Source: Octopus vulgaris
Lineage: Eukaryota
Assembly: GCA_951406725.2 (NCBI GenBank)
Contig: OX597817.1
Coordinates: 117,924,001-117,988,000 of the forward strand
Direction: 5' to 3'
Length of the DNA stretch: 64,000 nucleotides
Part shown: in pieces, positions 26,893 through 39,439 of the stretch
Layout of the letters: the number at the start of each line of letters is the position of its first letter
Position numbering within the stretch: the first letter of the stretch is position 1
The notes under the pieces: model-generated
What the model was told of the DNA's origin: nothing
The model's input: only the letters and a program-made list of their open reading frames with translations
Database searches by the model: none
Position numbers and translations under genes: made by a program

Positions 26893-27056
26893 CGGTATAC
26901 GTGGTGGCAGGGAAAGGAGAAAGACCGGCATCTAAGTTGTTTGGTGAAATATAAAAGCTTTAGTCCACTTTGAAATTTTATTCCAAACCAGACGATAGCA
27001 AAGGAGATCTACTGCGAATATCTTAAGCAGCTTCAGTCTTGGTTTCATGACGAAAG

Positions 27057-27535
27057 ATGTTCTACCGTCAGGATAATGATCGGGCACATACAACGAGGAT
27101 GACATTCCAAAGGCTGGAGTGGTTTCAATGGGAAACGATGCTCCACTCACCATATTCACCAGACATTGTCCCATCTGATTATTATTTATACAACAGTCTT
27201 CATAATTATTTGGACGGAAAAAATGTGAATTCTGTAGAAGCGGTGAGAACAGCACTGGAGTATTTTTCGTCACGAACAAGTGAATTTTGGAAGACGAGCA
27301 TTATAAACCACCACATCGATGGAAGAGCATTGTAGAAAATGGAGGGTGTATTTCAAATTAAAATAAATCTTTGTTTATCATAACTATTAAAAATAGAAGG
27401 TGCATTATCTATGGGATAACCACATCGATGGAAGAGCATTGTAGAAAATGGAGGGTATATTTCAAATTAAAATAAATCTTTGTTTATCATAACTATTAAA
27501 AATAGAAGGTGCATTATCTATGGGATAACACAGTA
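27057..27535 (+). mobile_element. Mariner transposase C-terminal remnant with tandemly duplicated 3' end
   Basis: QDNDRAH...WETMLHSPYSPDIVPSDYYLY resembles the HDNARPH and YSPDL motifs. A 109-nt tandem duplication starts at 27311 and 27420. Confidence 0.85.
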
Positions 27536-30139
27536 TTACTCACTCCAATTTCATTCTTATATTTCTATGCTTATGATTGTGATCCACTTTGCCTTATTTT
27601 GTATATTTCAGACCAAACTAAATTATCGAACATATTTTTGAAATTTTCTTTTCTTGACATCCTGCACGTCTCATATATTTTCCGTCGTTCCACCATTTTC
27701 AATACATTAATGTTACTTAACAGTATTTGTTTTCTTATAGCATTGAGTCATGAGCAGGCTTCATCATATTGCTGAAACTTGTTCATGACTCGATATGATT
27801 GATGGAAATATCGTGTAACATGCAGACACTTCGATTTTCTTAGAAAATATTATTTAAAAAAGATATATGAAAGATTTTTTCCCATTGATGTGGAATAACG
27901 TCTTTTCCTTTACTTTTAATGTTCCAAAAGCTTTTATCACTTTTCGATATGCTTGTCAATTTTGCTTTAGAATTGTGCCTACGGATTATATAATTATTTT
28001 CACCTATATCATAAACATATCGTGTGACCGATTATAAAATCGAATCGAGTATATAACTTCTTTTCCTTCGGGGATCACGTTAGATAATAATTTTCATTGT
28101 TTACATTTATAACATAGCCGCATGGTTTGTGAGAAAGGTTTAGTTGAGAGAATCAATTCTATTATATTACTATTACGCCCAATATCGAAATCTGAGAAAT
28201 CAATGATAAGGTCGATTCAGTGGAATATGAAATCACAAAACAGAGTGATGTAATTTTATACCATATTGATCTGTGTACTGCCTTTTGCCCATGCCAATCT
28301 TTGTAAATATGAATATTGAGGATGATAATAATTATTACTCATAAAGAAGATGCAGCACTGTAATAATCATGCAGACATTTCAAGGTGGACAATTCTAAGT
28401 AAAAGTAATTCAGATTCTTTGCAAAAAGTATTTTATAGCTCTGAAGATACTCATGTTTCTAGCTAAGCAATCACTCGTGGTTTTGCAGACTTTTATAACA
28501 GTTTCAAAACAGGGTGCCTGATAATGTAATTTTGAAGTCAGTTTTCATAAGTTTAAGCAAAATAGTCTTTGTTTAGTTTTGGTAAGTCTGATCCTTTTCT
28601 ACAGTAACTATTCAGAAAGGCTCGGAACATTCAAATGTAAATAAACATGAATCATCGTTTCAAGATGTCTGATGAATTGGTTTTTACTTTTACACATTAT
28701 GCAACCTAAATAATTACCATTCTTAGAATTGGCAGTGATTTTCATATCGGATAGATAAAGTTTGAAAAGAGTAGAAATGAAATATATGTTTGAACGTTGA
28801 CATCTACATTCATTATAGTTGTGAAATTATGTGTGTTCAGTAATAATTGAACAAAAGAGATCCAGATGGTAATTATAATTATCAAGAAACATTAACCGGA
28901 ATATGACAGACAATATTAAAATTCATGACTGCTTGAAAGGAAATTCTTACGTTGAGGGAAATGACCCCATTATGCTATTGTTGTGTTTGCATTGTACCTT
29001 TTCGTCTTAAACGCAGCATTAATGCATTTGCACTGAGTATAAAGGGACACACCAGTTTAACACATCCGCAACGAATGTAAACCGTTTGCATCATATGGTT
29101 TTAGAAAGACGAGCTAATGAGCAATGCCTTCTTACTTGCATTATAATATAATAATATACATTCAATACTAAGCTGTATGTATTATGTGTAACTACCGATA
29201 ATTTATTACAACTACTTCCACAAGACGAACAAGTTTCTCGTAGATACTGCGTATGTCTAGTGTTTTTAATCATTGTTGGCATGCGTCTCTACATATTGTA
29301 GTAATGGTTGGGGAAGAGACAATAATAGGCTTGCAACGTGTATGTAGGACTATGTTAGCTAATTATACAAAATGCTCATACGGAATAAACCGTCTGACAA
29401 ATTTTTATGTAACAAAGCTGCTAAATAATTGTGTTATTATATCTAGAAGCATAAAGGAAATAGTATTAAAATGCATTCAAATAGTAACAAAAATATTCAT
29501 TCGAAATATATATATATATAAGTATGTATATACATTTAAGAATATATATGTGTAATAGGAAAATTGAATTGCTAAGATTGGATTATTAAATATGTTAAAA
29601 TTTTAATAAAACCATTAGTTATTCAAGGAAACATTCTTTATGAAATCATGAAAATACAATATACTTTGTATATTGAAAATTCTCCGAGGCGTTTTATTTA
29701 ATTTCCTAAATTTAAATAGGCTGGGTCGATTTCAGATTCCTCCATTTATTGCAGAATTTCGTTTTTCTTTGTATTTAAGACACTATTATAGCCAGTAATG
29801 TTAATCCCACATTTGTGAGCAAAGCGTAAGACATGGCGGGAAGGAAAATAAAATAAAAATGTTATTTAATCAAATGATTCGATCAAACAGTTCAATAAAA
29901 CGTTGGCTATTTCCTCCAGTAAATGCTTAGTTTTTGCATTAATGCAATATATTTCCCGGTTGCGTCTAAATACACACACTCACACACACATATATATATA
30001 CATACACATATATTTACATATATATATATATATATATACATATATACACATATATATTCCTATATACACATAAATATATACACATATATATATATATTCA
30101 TACATATAAACATACATACATATATACATGCACGCAGAC

Positions 30140-30189
<50 letters not shown>

Positions 30190-31439
30190 GAAATGTAGAA
30201 TTCACCGAAATTTAGAATTCACTTAATTGCTGCTATATTACTACTAACCAGTACATAACGGCTTATATCAATTAGTATATATGTGTGTGAGTGTATGTGT
30301 GTACATATACATATCCGTGTGTGTATATATATATATCTATATATATGTTCGCGCGTGCTTCCACACATTGAGAAGAAAAGTAATATAAATGTTACAGATA
30401 TTTTCCAGAAGATTGACAAAGATGAATCAATAGTTTTGCACAAGATACGATTGCGAATTACAATAGGAAATAGAAAAGTAATATAGCTTGCTGAATGATA
30501 GATTAATTTATTGATTACCAGACTCACATGCCTAAGGGTTCGTTCAACTGTAAAATTTCATATATGATATTGTTTTATAATTTTGTTTATATGAAACTGA
30601 AAAAATACATGATGTACAACGCAGTCATTGTGTTCCTGCTAAGCTTTTCAAATTTAATATCAAAGTTTAAGAAGAGATCAGGACAAGATTTAATAGGAAA
30701 ATTAGATGAAACTACAAATGGAAGAAGCAAAAAAAAATATTTGCTTTATATACAAGTTTAACACGACTTCCAATGTTAAAAAGGAATAAGAATTTTTTCA
30801 GCGCTATCTTCTAATGCCTCTATGTTCACATAAAGCATGTGAAAATATCGATTTATTTGGTTAAAAATATTAATTTCGTTTGAAAGCACGTTAAAATATT
30901 GGGATGTTTGCGTGGATTTAAAGGACATGTACACACATATGTACAATTACACGTGTGTGTTTGTGCACGTACGGACATATGCATAAAGATAAATACAAAC
31001 ATGCATATATGTTCATATGTATGTACATGTGTACGAGTATGTGCATGTGTGTGTGTGCGTGTGTGTGGGTGTGTATGTACATGTGTGTGTGTGTAGATTT
31101 ATGTTCTGACTAATCCTAAACATCTAAAAATTTTTTATTGAATCTGAAAAATCGAAAAAGTTCGTCAATGGATGCATCTTCAATATCCCATAAATTTTAA
31201 GACATCTCCATAAAATACATCACGTTTTACACGTTTTGCTAAATCAAAAATGACATACATTGTTTTTCTTTCCTTTCGAAGAGATATGAATTGTGTATGA
31301 TTGTATAACATATTGTTCTAATGAGTACACTTTGTATTTCTGTTTAGCAAGTTTATCAAAAAATACGTAACTACAAGAATTTATGCTTTGGCACATCATT
31401 ATATTACATGTGTATAGTCGTTGATGTTTCTTTAATATT

Positions 31440-32060
31440 AGCTTCAAATTTTGGCACAAGGCCAGTCATTTAAGGGGAGGGGCTAAGTCGATTAAATCGA
31501 CTCTAATGTTCGATTGGTACTTATTTTTTCCACCCCGAAAATATAAAAGGTAAAGTAGATCTCGGTTTCATTTGAACTCAGAGCCTAAAGACGGACGAGA
31601 GGCAGCTAAGTATTTTGACCGGCGTGCTAACGGTCCTGCAAATCAGCACGCCTTTCACTTGACGTTTCTTAACATTGACTAAATTTGACACAATGCCAGC
31701 AATTTCGAGGGAGGTGATAAGTCGATTAAATCGACCCCAGTACATATTTTATTGACCTCGAAAGGATGAAAGGCAAAGTCAACCTTGGCGTACGAGATAC
31801 TACTGAGCATTTTGCAGTGCTCCGTTTGGACATTTTTAAATATTAACCATGATCTAAAGTCGGCAAGCAGGCAGAATAGTTAACAAGATGGCCAAAGTAC
31901 TTATTGGCATTTCGTTTGTATTTTTCATTCTGAGTCCAAATTCTACAGAGGTCGACTTAGCATTTCATCCCTTGAAGTCGATAAAATAATTACCAATTCA
32001 ACAGTGGAGCCGATCTAATTAACTTAAAACTTCCCCCGAAATTGGTGGCCTTTGAAACTA
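31440..32060. mobile_element. Cluster of three diverged SINE family B copies (two minus, one plus)
   Basis: 31440-31650 and 31690-31815 are minus (GAAAGGATGAAAGGCAAAGTCAACC). 31858-32060 is plus (GGCAGAATAGTTA...GAGGTCGACTT..CATTTCATCC). Confidence 0.75.
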
Positions 32061-32600
32061 TTATTAACGATAATATTGCTGCCAAATATTGAAAGTGACT
32101 AAATCTTCGATTTTGGATGGGCATTACATATCAGATTAATAGTAGAAATTTCTGTATTTGACACAAATATTTTGCATATAAAGGTCACGGAAAACTGACT
32201 GATATATTTACCTATCCATGAGAAAGTTACAGCACAAAACACTCGATTGCACAGTACTAATAATATTTCAAATATTTTCCAGATTTGCATCTTATAAAAT
32301 GATAGAATGAGAAGCTTAGTATAATTCTTGGCGCAAGTTGCTATATACATCTTATTGTTATGTATTTTATAATTTGTGTGTTTAAAAATTACTGTAATCC
32401 ATGCAGACGTCTACATGCCCATGTAAAATTGTCATAAATACTAGCACACATGATATAGAATTAAAATAATTCATTGGAAAATATTTTTTCCGTCTAAGGT
32501 AGAATCGATCAAGATTTATTTTTTCGTATATATTTTTTTCTCTCCATGTTTGAAATCGCTTTGAGAAAAATGGAAAAACGCATATACATGTGTCTGTGTG

Positions 32601-32656
<56 letters not shown>

Positions 32657-32700
32657 CATATATAGATAGATAGGTAGGAAGAAAGATAGCTAGATAGATG

Positions 32701-32738
<38 letters not shown>

Positions 32739-33669
32739 CATATATGTATATCTTTATATAAACTGTGTCTACTTATATATTATGCCTGTACATTTTTCTA
32801 CAAGTATGTAATTATTGTTTCTATTTGAGATTTCAGAAATAAGTCTCCAGTACTTAATGCGCTTACTAAACACAAAGTGGTTTAAGCATAAAAACCAATT
32901 GGAAGGCATAGGACATTTTGGAATTGAAAGTCCACATAATTTCACAGTCTTTTTAATTATATAATGGTGACAGCCAATCGAACTTTTACGTATAGTTCAG
33001 ACAGGAAGGATTATAGAAAGCCAGACTATATTTGAATATTGTCTTGTCATTTTGACCTGCGAATGTAAAAGCTCGGAAGTAAAAGAATTCGTTAGCGAAA
33101 TCTTGAACAGCAAAACAAATCTAGAATCAAATCTGGAATGTCGTCAATTATTGTTAATACTTACGTCAGAGTATAACAACCTGAATAAGAGGCAGCTGTA
33201 AGATGTAAACATTTTACAAGAAAAGTGAAACTGAATTCACCTTGTCAGGCTTCAAGAAGTTGCAAGAATACCAGGAGCCGTTATCTTTCAATCAATGATG
33301 ATTGAAGATTGATCACTAATTCACGAACCGGAGAAAAGATCGGAAGAAGCTCTATCGTGTATATCAAATAAGGGTGTAGACAGAAGTACATGAGTACAAT
33401 GAATAAATCTTATGCGAATTATAAAACAAAAGACATATATTATGCATGTTTGAAATAGCTACAGTTGCGCACAGATCGGTGTACTACCTGAAAGAATAAT
33501 GGAAATAAAAGAAATAAATGGGCTGCAATCAGGAGCTAAACATACAAAGCATCCACTAGAACGATTACTGAAGTCTGGTGCTGTTGGAGAGAACGACACA
33601 ATGAGAAGGTCTGAATTTAATGTGACACATTATGACATGTAATAAATTGAAGGTAAAATATATGGTAAG

Positions 33670-33729
33670 AGCCACTGATGAGAATTCAGATGCTTTGAAT
33701 CAAAATTCGAAATTACCGGTGATCTGGCT
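33670..33729 (+). ncRNA. Type I hammerhead ribozyme, canonical core
   Basis: AGCCA-CTGATGA-GAATT...AATTC-GAAA-TTACCGGTGA-TC-TGGCT: perfect 5-bp stems I and II, near-palindromic stem III. Confidence 0.88.
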
Positions 33730-34017
33730 TAGTTAGCTAGTTAAAATTATCTCCCTTGTCAGTTATAAAGACAGTGCATTTGTGGCTATTGCGTTGTTCT
33801 TACTGTCATTTCTACAAATGCTGGTACTACTTAGTATATTCTGACACTTTTGTGATATTCATAAATTTGCAATTAGGCTGTTAAATTGCTAATAAACCAC
33901 CCATATTATTTATAGTTTCCACTTTTACTTTTATCGTTTTTTAAAAAATCAGCGTGAATTCAACGGTTTCCTTATAAACTGACGAGGTTAGTTGAGGTTA
34001 ACCCTATGCGCGGTAGG

Positions 34018-34077
34018 AAACACTGACGAGAATTAAGATCCTCGGTGTCAAAATTCGATATCACCAGTGATTTGGCT
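34018..34077 (+). ncRNA. Decayed second copy of the 33670 hammerhead
   Basis: AAACA-CTGACGA-GAATT...AATTC-GATA-TCACCAGTGA-TT-TGGCT, 348 nt downstream of the first copy. Confidence 0.65.
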
Positions 34078-34245
34078 ACGCCCGCTTATTACCCTATAAC
34101 TTATTACCCTATACCACATTAGGGACGTCTATAAATTTGCCATTGGGTTGTTAAATTGCTAATAAGCCACCCATATTATTGATGTACATGCATACATACC
34201 CGTACACATACATACCCATACACATATATATACATACGTATATAC

Positions 34246-34314
<69 letters not shown>

Positions 34315-35159
34315 CGACGTAAGAATGACTAAGGGTGAATTTCCTGTCTAGAAAAGGATACTGTTAACATTTACGTCAGAATATAACATCCTGAATAAGA
34401 GGCAGCTCTAAGATGCAAACATTTTACAAGAAAAGCTTTTGATCATTTCCTCGATAACAAGGTACCCATTGAATTTCAATTTTTTTTAAATTTTCATATA
34501 TATGTCATATATTTTATTTTTCATATATTTTTAGTTTTCATACATTTGTTCTGTTTGGGATTTTACATTACTGCGTTTATTTTTGCTTTGTTAATTTTGT
34601 TCTGCTTTGACTTGCGATGATTTTGTGTAGGGTATATCTTTTCAGTTAGTATTTGTGTAATTTACTGTACTACCCTATTTAAGATTCATATCTTACTTTA
34701 CTATTACAGCTATACCAATGATACCTAATCCAATACTTTAGGATTACATGTAGACTTATTCTTACTTTACTTCACCTGTATTCATATATTTATTTATAAT
34801 CTTTGATTAAAATTTTATTTCTCTTCACTATTTTGTACTTATGAATTCCTGCTAATTAACTAGGTAGATGGGAATATTTCCGCTTTAAAATAATTAGCGA
34901 AACCATCGCTGCCTTTCCTTTGTATCTTTGCAAATACTAAACATGAGTTCCAACTACTATTCATTTTGTAACATTAGAAAAATAACTGAGTGACGATGGC
35001 TAGAAACATGCTGATCAACTATATCCTCTTTCTTCTTGTTCTTCCTCTTCTTTGGAAGTTGATTTCATTTAGTTCTGACAAAGATATCATTATGGAGGTG
35101 GCTCCCTACTTTGTCGATCTGTAAACGCACCTAAATGCATATACGTAACAGCTGCAAGC

Positions 35160-35194
<35 letters not shown>

Positions 35195-35204
35195 TTTCTC
35201 CTCG

Positions 35205-35217
35205 TAATAATAATAAT

Positions 35218-35291
<74 letters not shown>

Positions 35292-35301
35292 TAATAATAA
35301 C

Positions 35302-35338
<37 letters not shown>

Positions 35339-35340
35339 GT
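35205..35340. repeat. (TAA)n microsatellite
   Basis: Directly visible. Confidence 0.95.
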
Positions 35341-35386
35341 TATAACATATTTACGAGTATTTATTTTGAATAGTTACTAATTCGTA

Positions 35387-35735
35387 TACTCTTTACTCTT
35401 TACTCTTTTACTTGTTTCAGTCATTTGACTGCGGCCATGCTCGAGCACCGCCTTTTGTCGAGCAAATCGACCCCAGAACTTATTATTCGTAAGTCTAGTA
35501 CTTATTCTATCGGTCTCTTTTGCTGAACCGCTAAGTTACATGGATGTAAACACACTAGCATAGGTTTGTCAAGCAAGCGGGACAAACACAGACACACAAA
35601 CATACACCAATATATGTATATAGGTGTATTTTACTATAGCCTCGGGCTGACCAAAGCCTTGTGAGTGGATTTAGTAGACAGAAACTGAAAGAAGACCCTC
35701 GTATATATGTATATATACGTATATATATATGTATA

Positions 35736-35775
<40 letters not shown>

Positions 35776-35796
35776 TGTATATATATATATATATGC

Positions 35797-35871
<75 letters not shown>

Positions 35872-36014
35872 TACATATATATATACGTATATATACATAT
35901 ATACGAGGGTCTTCTTTCAGTTTCCGTCTACTAAATCCACTCACAAGGCTTTGGTCAGCCCAAGGCTATAGCAAAAGACACCTACCCAAGTTGCCACGCA
36001 GTGGGACTGAACTC
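35387..36014 (-). mobile_element. SINE family A copy with internal inverted duplication
   Basis: Tail (TACTCTT)n at 35387, 3' half to about 35610, 5' half 35902-36014. 35632-35702 is an inverted copy of 35902-35971. Confidence 0.85.
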
Positions 36015-36111
36015 AGATAATATATGTATTATGCACTGAAGCGCGGGACTATTCAAGATGTAACGGATTACAACGAAACTAGACGAGCTTTTCATTTTAG
36101 GTGCAGCCTGA

Positions 36112-36162
36112 CATACTGACGATAATTACGTCTCCAGCCAGAATTCGAAATCATGACCCAGG
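36112..36162 (+). ncRNA. Decayed hammerhead related to the 33670 family
   Basis: CTGACGA-TAATT...AATTC-GAAA-TCATGA-CC-CAGG. Palindromic stem III; cleavage triplet and stem I degraded. Confidence 0.5.
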
Positions 36163-36323
36163 TATATCTGTTTCCTTAATTCTACGGCGATTTAGCTGAG
36201 AATATGTTAAATGCTACTCGTTTGCCCGATTTTTGTTGGTCCGTTACATATTTTCATTAAGATTAGTGGTTAAGATGGAGGATTTTACTTCTACTCTTTA
36301 GCAAGTTGGTCCTTCTTGTACCA

Positions 36324-36366
<43 letters not shown>

Positions 36367-36472
36367 GAGAGAGGGGGGGTTACAATTTAAAGGGAAAATC
36401 CCGGGGAATAATTTCAAGGTAGCTAAGTATCCGAGGATTTAAATCTGGGATAGTAAGTCTTATTTAGTAGAA

Positions 36473-36729
36473 AATTGAACAAGGAGACGAACTCTCAGGA
36501 TGTTGTTAAGGCATATATATATTGAATTCTTCTGCACATATTTCGAAGGATGAACTCCAAAATGCCTGACAGGATAAATTATGTTCAGCAATGCATCAAT
36601 CTCGTCAGGAAGGATAGAAATATCTTCAAACTCATCAAACAGCCATTTTGGAGTGCATATGTTTATCTTGAAGAATTCAAGATATAAATAGTTTAACAAC
36701 ATCCCGAGAGTTCGTCTCCTTGTTCAATT
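36473..36729. mobile_element. MITE-like fold-back element
   Basis: 37-bp terminal inverted repeat AATTGAACAAGGAGACGAACTCTCAGGATGTTGTTAA with one mismatch. Inner matches TTGAATTCTTC/GAAGAATTCAA and ACTCCAAAATG/CATTTTGGAGT. Confidence 0.75.
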
Positions 36730-37194
36730 CCCTTATACATATATACATAACTTCAATAATAAATATGAATGTCTGTGTGTCAATGTGTGACACTTCTTCA
36801 GCTTTACTCTTGGAGACCTTAGCCCAACATATCATACCATTTTGAAATCCGGTCGACTCTGTGAGTAAATTAATAACAGGGCCGAATCCGGACCCGCAAT
36901 CCTGTAATTTTTAATTCCCAAGTTTTCATTACTGCGATTGTTTTCGGCAATTCGTTTACCTGATTTTCTTCGACAAATGTTATTGTTCGATAATAAATTT
37001 TATAATATATATTTTGGACTCCGAAGTTTTCATTATTGCGATTGTTTCCGGCGATTTTTTACGTTTTGTTTTCGGCGATTTCTTTTTGCAATGAATTTTT
37101 TGTACGATAACAATTTTTATAACTTGGAAATAAATTATGGGAATAACCGAAATTAATTGCGAAATACAGCGATTATTTTCGGCTATTTATTTTA

Positions 37195-37680
37195 CGTGAC
37201 TTTTTGCGATGAATATGATCAGCATTGCGATATGACTCTGAAGGAGGCGATTCTCCAAATCACTTCAGAGATATATTTGTTGTAACGAATACCACCTGTG
37301 GACTTTCCAACCCAGTTATTCTCCAGGAAAAATATCAGGAGGCTCTCAGTGAGGATATTCATCATCAAATGATACTTGCTGATCCAGGATTAGAAATGAA
37401 TCTTTAGATTGCAAATTTAGCTCTCTGAAATTCAAGACAAAGTGAAAAACTACGTTCAAAGAGATCTCAGCAACTGTGGTGTGCCAAAAACAAACAGACA
37501 GACTGAACAAATCAACAGAGACATTGCGAGAGAAACGGGATACAACATGGAAGAACTGCAGCAATGTGTTTAAATCAATGGGCCCCTGTGGAACCAAGAC
37601 CAACATGAAGTCCTTGATGACATCAGCAACAACAGTGGAGGGATTTTCTTCTTGGGTGCATCTGGAGGTACTGGTAAAAT
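37195..37680 (+). pseudogene. Helitron RepHel (PIF1-type helicase) remnant
   Basis: SPNHFRDIFVV...CGLSNPVILQEKYQEALSEDI and ARETGYNMEELQQ...WNQDQHEV...GGIFFLGASGGTGK (Walker A). Confidence 0.8.
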
Positions 37681-38049
37681 GACCAAATACAACGCCTACC
37701 GACATTTTTTAAACAGCCTGGTTATATCATTAAGATTGAATTTGACTTGACAAGTGCGCAAAAGCTACATTCCCCACACTATATTCAGTAACAAATGAGA
37801 CAATGAAATATTGAAAATAATTCCACATTGAAGGAGTTCCAAAATTAGATGAACTAAAAGCAAGTTAAGAAAAAGCTAAACACACGGAAAAAAATTTCTT
37901 AGAATACAGCCTAAAGTAATTCTATTGAAAAAATCGAGGAAAAAGCACTTCATAGTAAATATCAAAATATTTTACATATCAGTGTTTAGCTTCCTCTGAT
38001 TTAAAATCAGAGAGTCTATCATAACAGCCACGGATCAGTGCATGAAGCT

Positions 38050-38265
38050 ATCACTTTTTGCGATGAATATGATCATCATTGCGATATGACTCTGAAAGAG
38101 GCAATTGCAACAAATTCTCCAAATCACTTCAGAGATATATTTGCTGTAACGATTACCACCTGTGGACTTTCCAACCCAGTTATTCTTCAGGAAAAATATC
38201 AGGAGGCTCTCAGTGAGGATATTCATCATCAAATGAGACTTGCTGATCCAGGATTAGAAATGAAT
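38050..38265 (+). pseudogene. Duplicate Helitron RepHel fragment
   Basis: Diverged direct copy of 37198-37400 (MTLKEAIATNSPNHFRDIFAV...LSEDI). Confidence 0.75.
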
Positions 38266-38289
38266 CAATATCATAAAGAAGAGCTGCAG

Positions 38290-38720
38290 ATCAATAAGCC
38301 GATTGCATAAAAAACAACCGGAAGCAATCGATCGCATTGTCTCCGGGTGTAACCTTCTTGCACCGTAATTTTATCCCAACACAACATGATAGAGCTGCAC
38401 AGTATCTGAACTAGGTAATTTGCAAGAACCTGACCTGTCCCGAAAACGATCATTTCTCACTCCTATGGAAATTTCCTTTTCAGAATAACATAATGATCGA
38501 TGCAAAAAGGGTATATATTATATCTTGAAGTGCAAATTTGCATAATGTGGGGGGTCAAGATTAGAACAATCGCCGTTGTTGTACGTGCTCTTGGGAAAAT
38601 AGCAAAAGTGGTTGACTATTACTTATCTCAAATCGCTAGGAATCCAGAAATGGAAGAAGACAAGAAATAGTGCTCTTCCTGACCGAAAATCTTCCCATAA
38701 AAGCCCATACACATTTAAAA
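38290..38720 (+). pseudogene. R4/Dong-type LINE C-terminal remnant
   Basis: EAIDRIVSGCNLLAP..HDRAAQYL (zinc-knuckle region) and IAVVVRALG; followed by (CTA)n/(TAA)n runs. Confidence 0.6.
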
Positions 38721-38819
38721 CCATTCATTACTGAATCAATGATGTTAATAATAAAAATATAGCAACAACAATAACAGCATGAAGAAGAACAGTATGCAAC
38801 AACATTAAGCACAAAAATA

Positions 38820-39030
<211 letters not shown>

Positions 39031-39439
39031 ACACTCGTTCAAAACACCATACAGGAATGAAGTCATACCGTAAATACCCAACAAAATGAACCATGTCCAC
39101 ATCATGTGCCACAGAATGCCTATACCCGACAGAACACAACTTACGCTGCATAAACGACACACAATACAAAATATGATAGATCAGAAGACTCAAACCATAC
39201 CCCATAATAAAATATATTGAAAATACAATATCCCCTCCAAAAAGAAAACAATGCAATACACACCACCCCACCAGTACTAAGGTGCAAAAAAATGATACAA
39301 TAGAAAGTTGCTTGTAGCGATGTCGAAAAATAGTAGTGGTGATGAGACACAGAAATTTCCGAAGAACTCTTGTAAAGTAAAGATGCAGACTGACCACAGC
39401 TGTTATCTAAATACAGCATCAGCACATAATGTATCAAGG

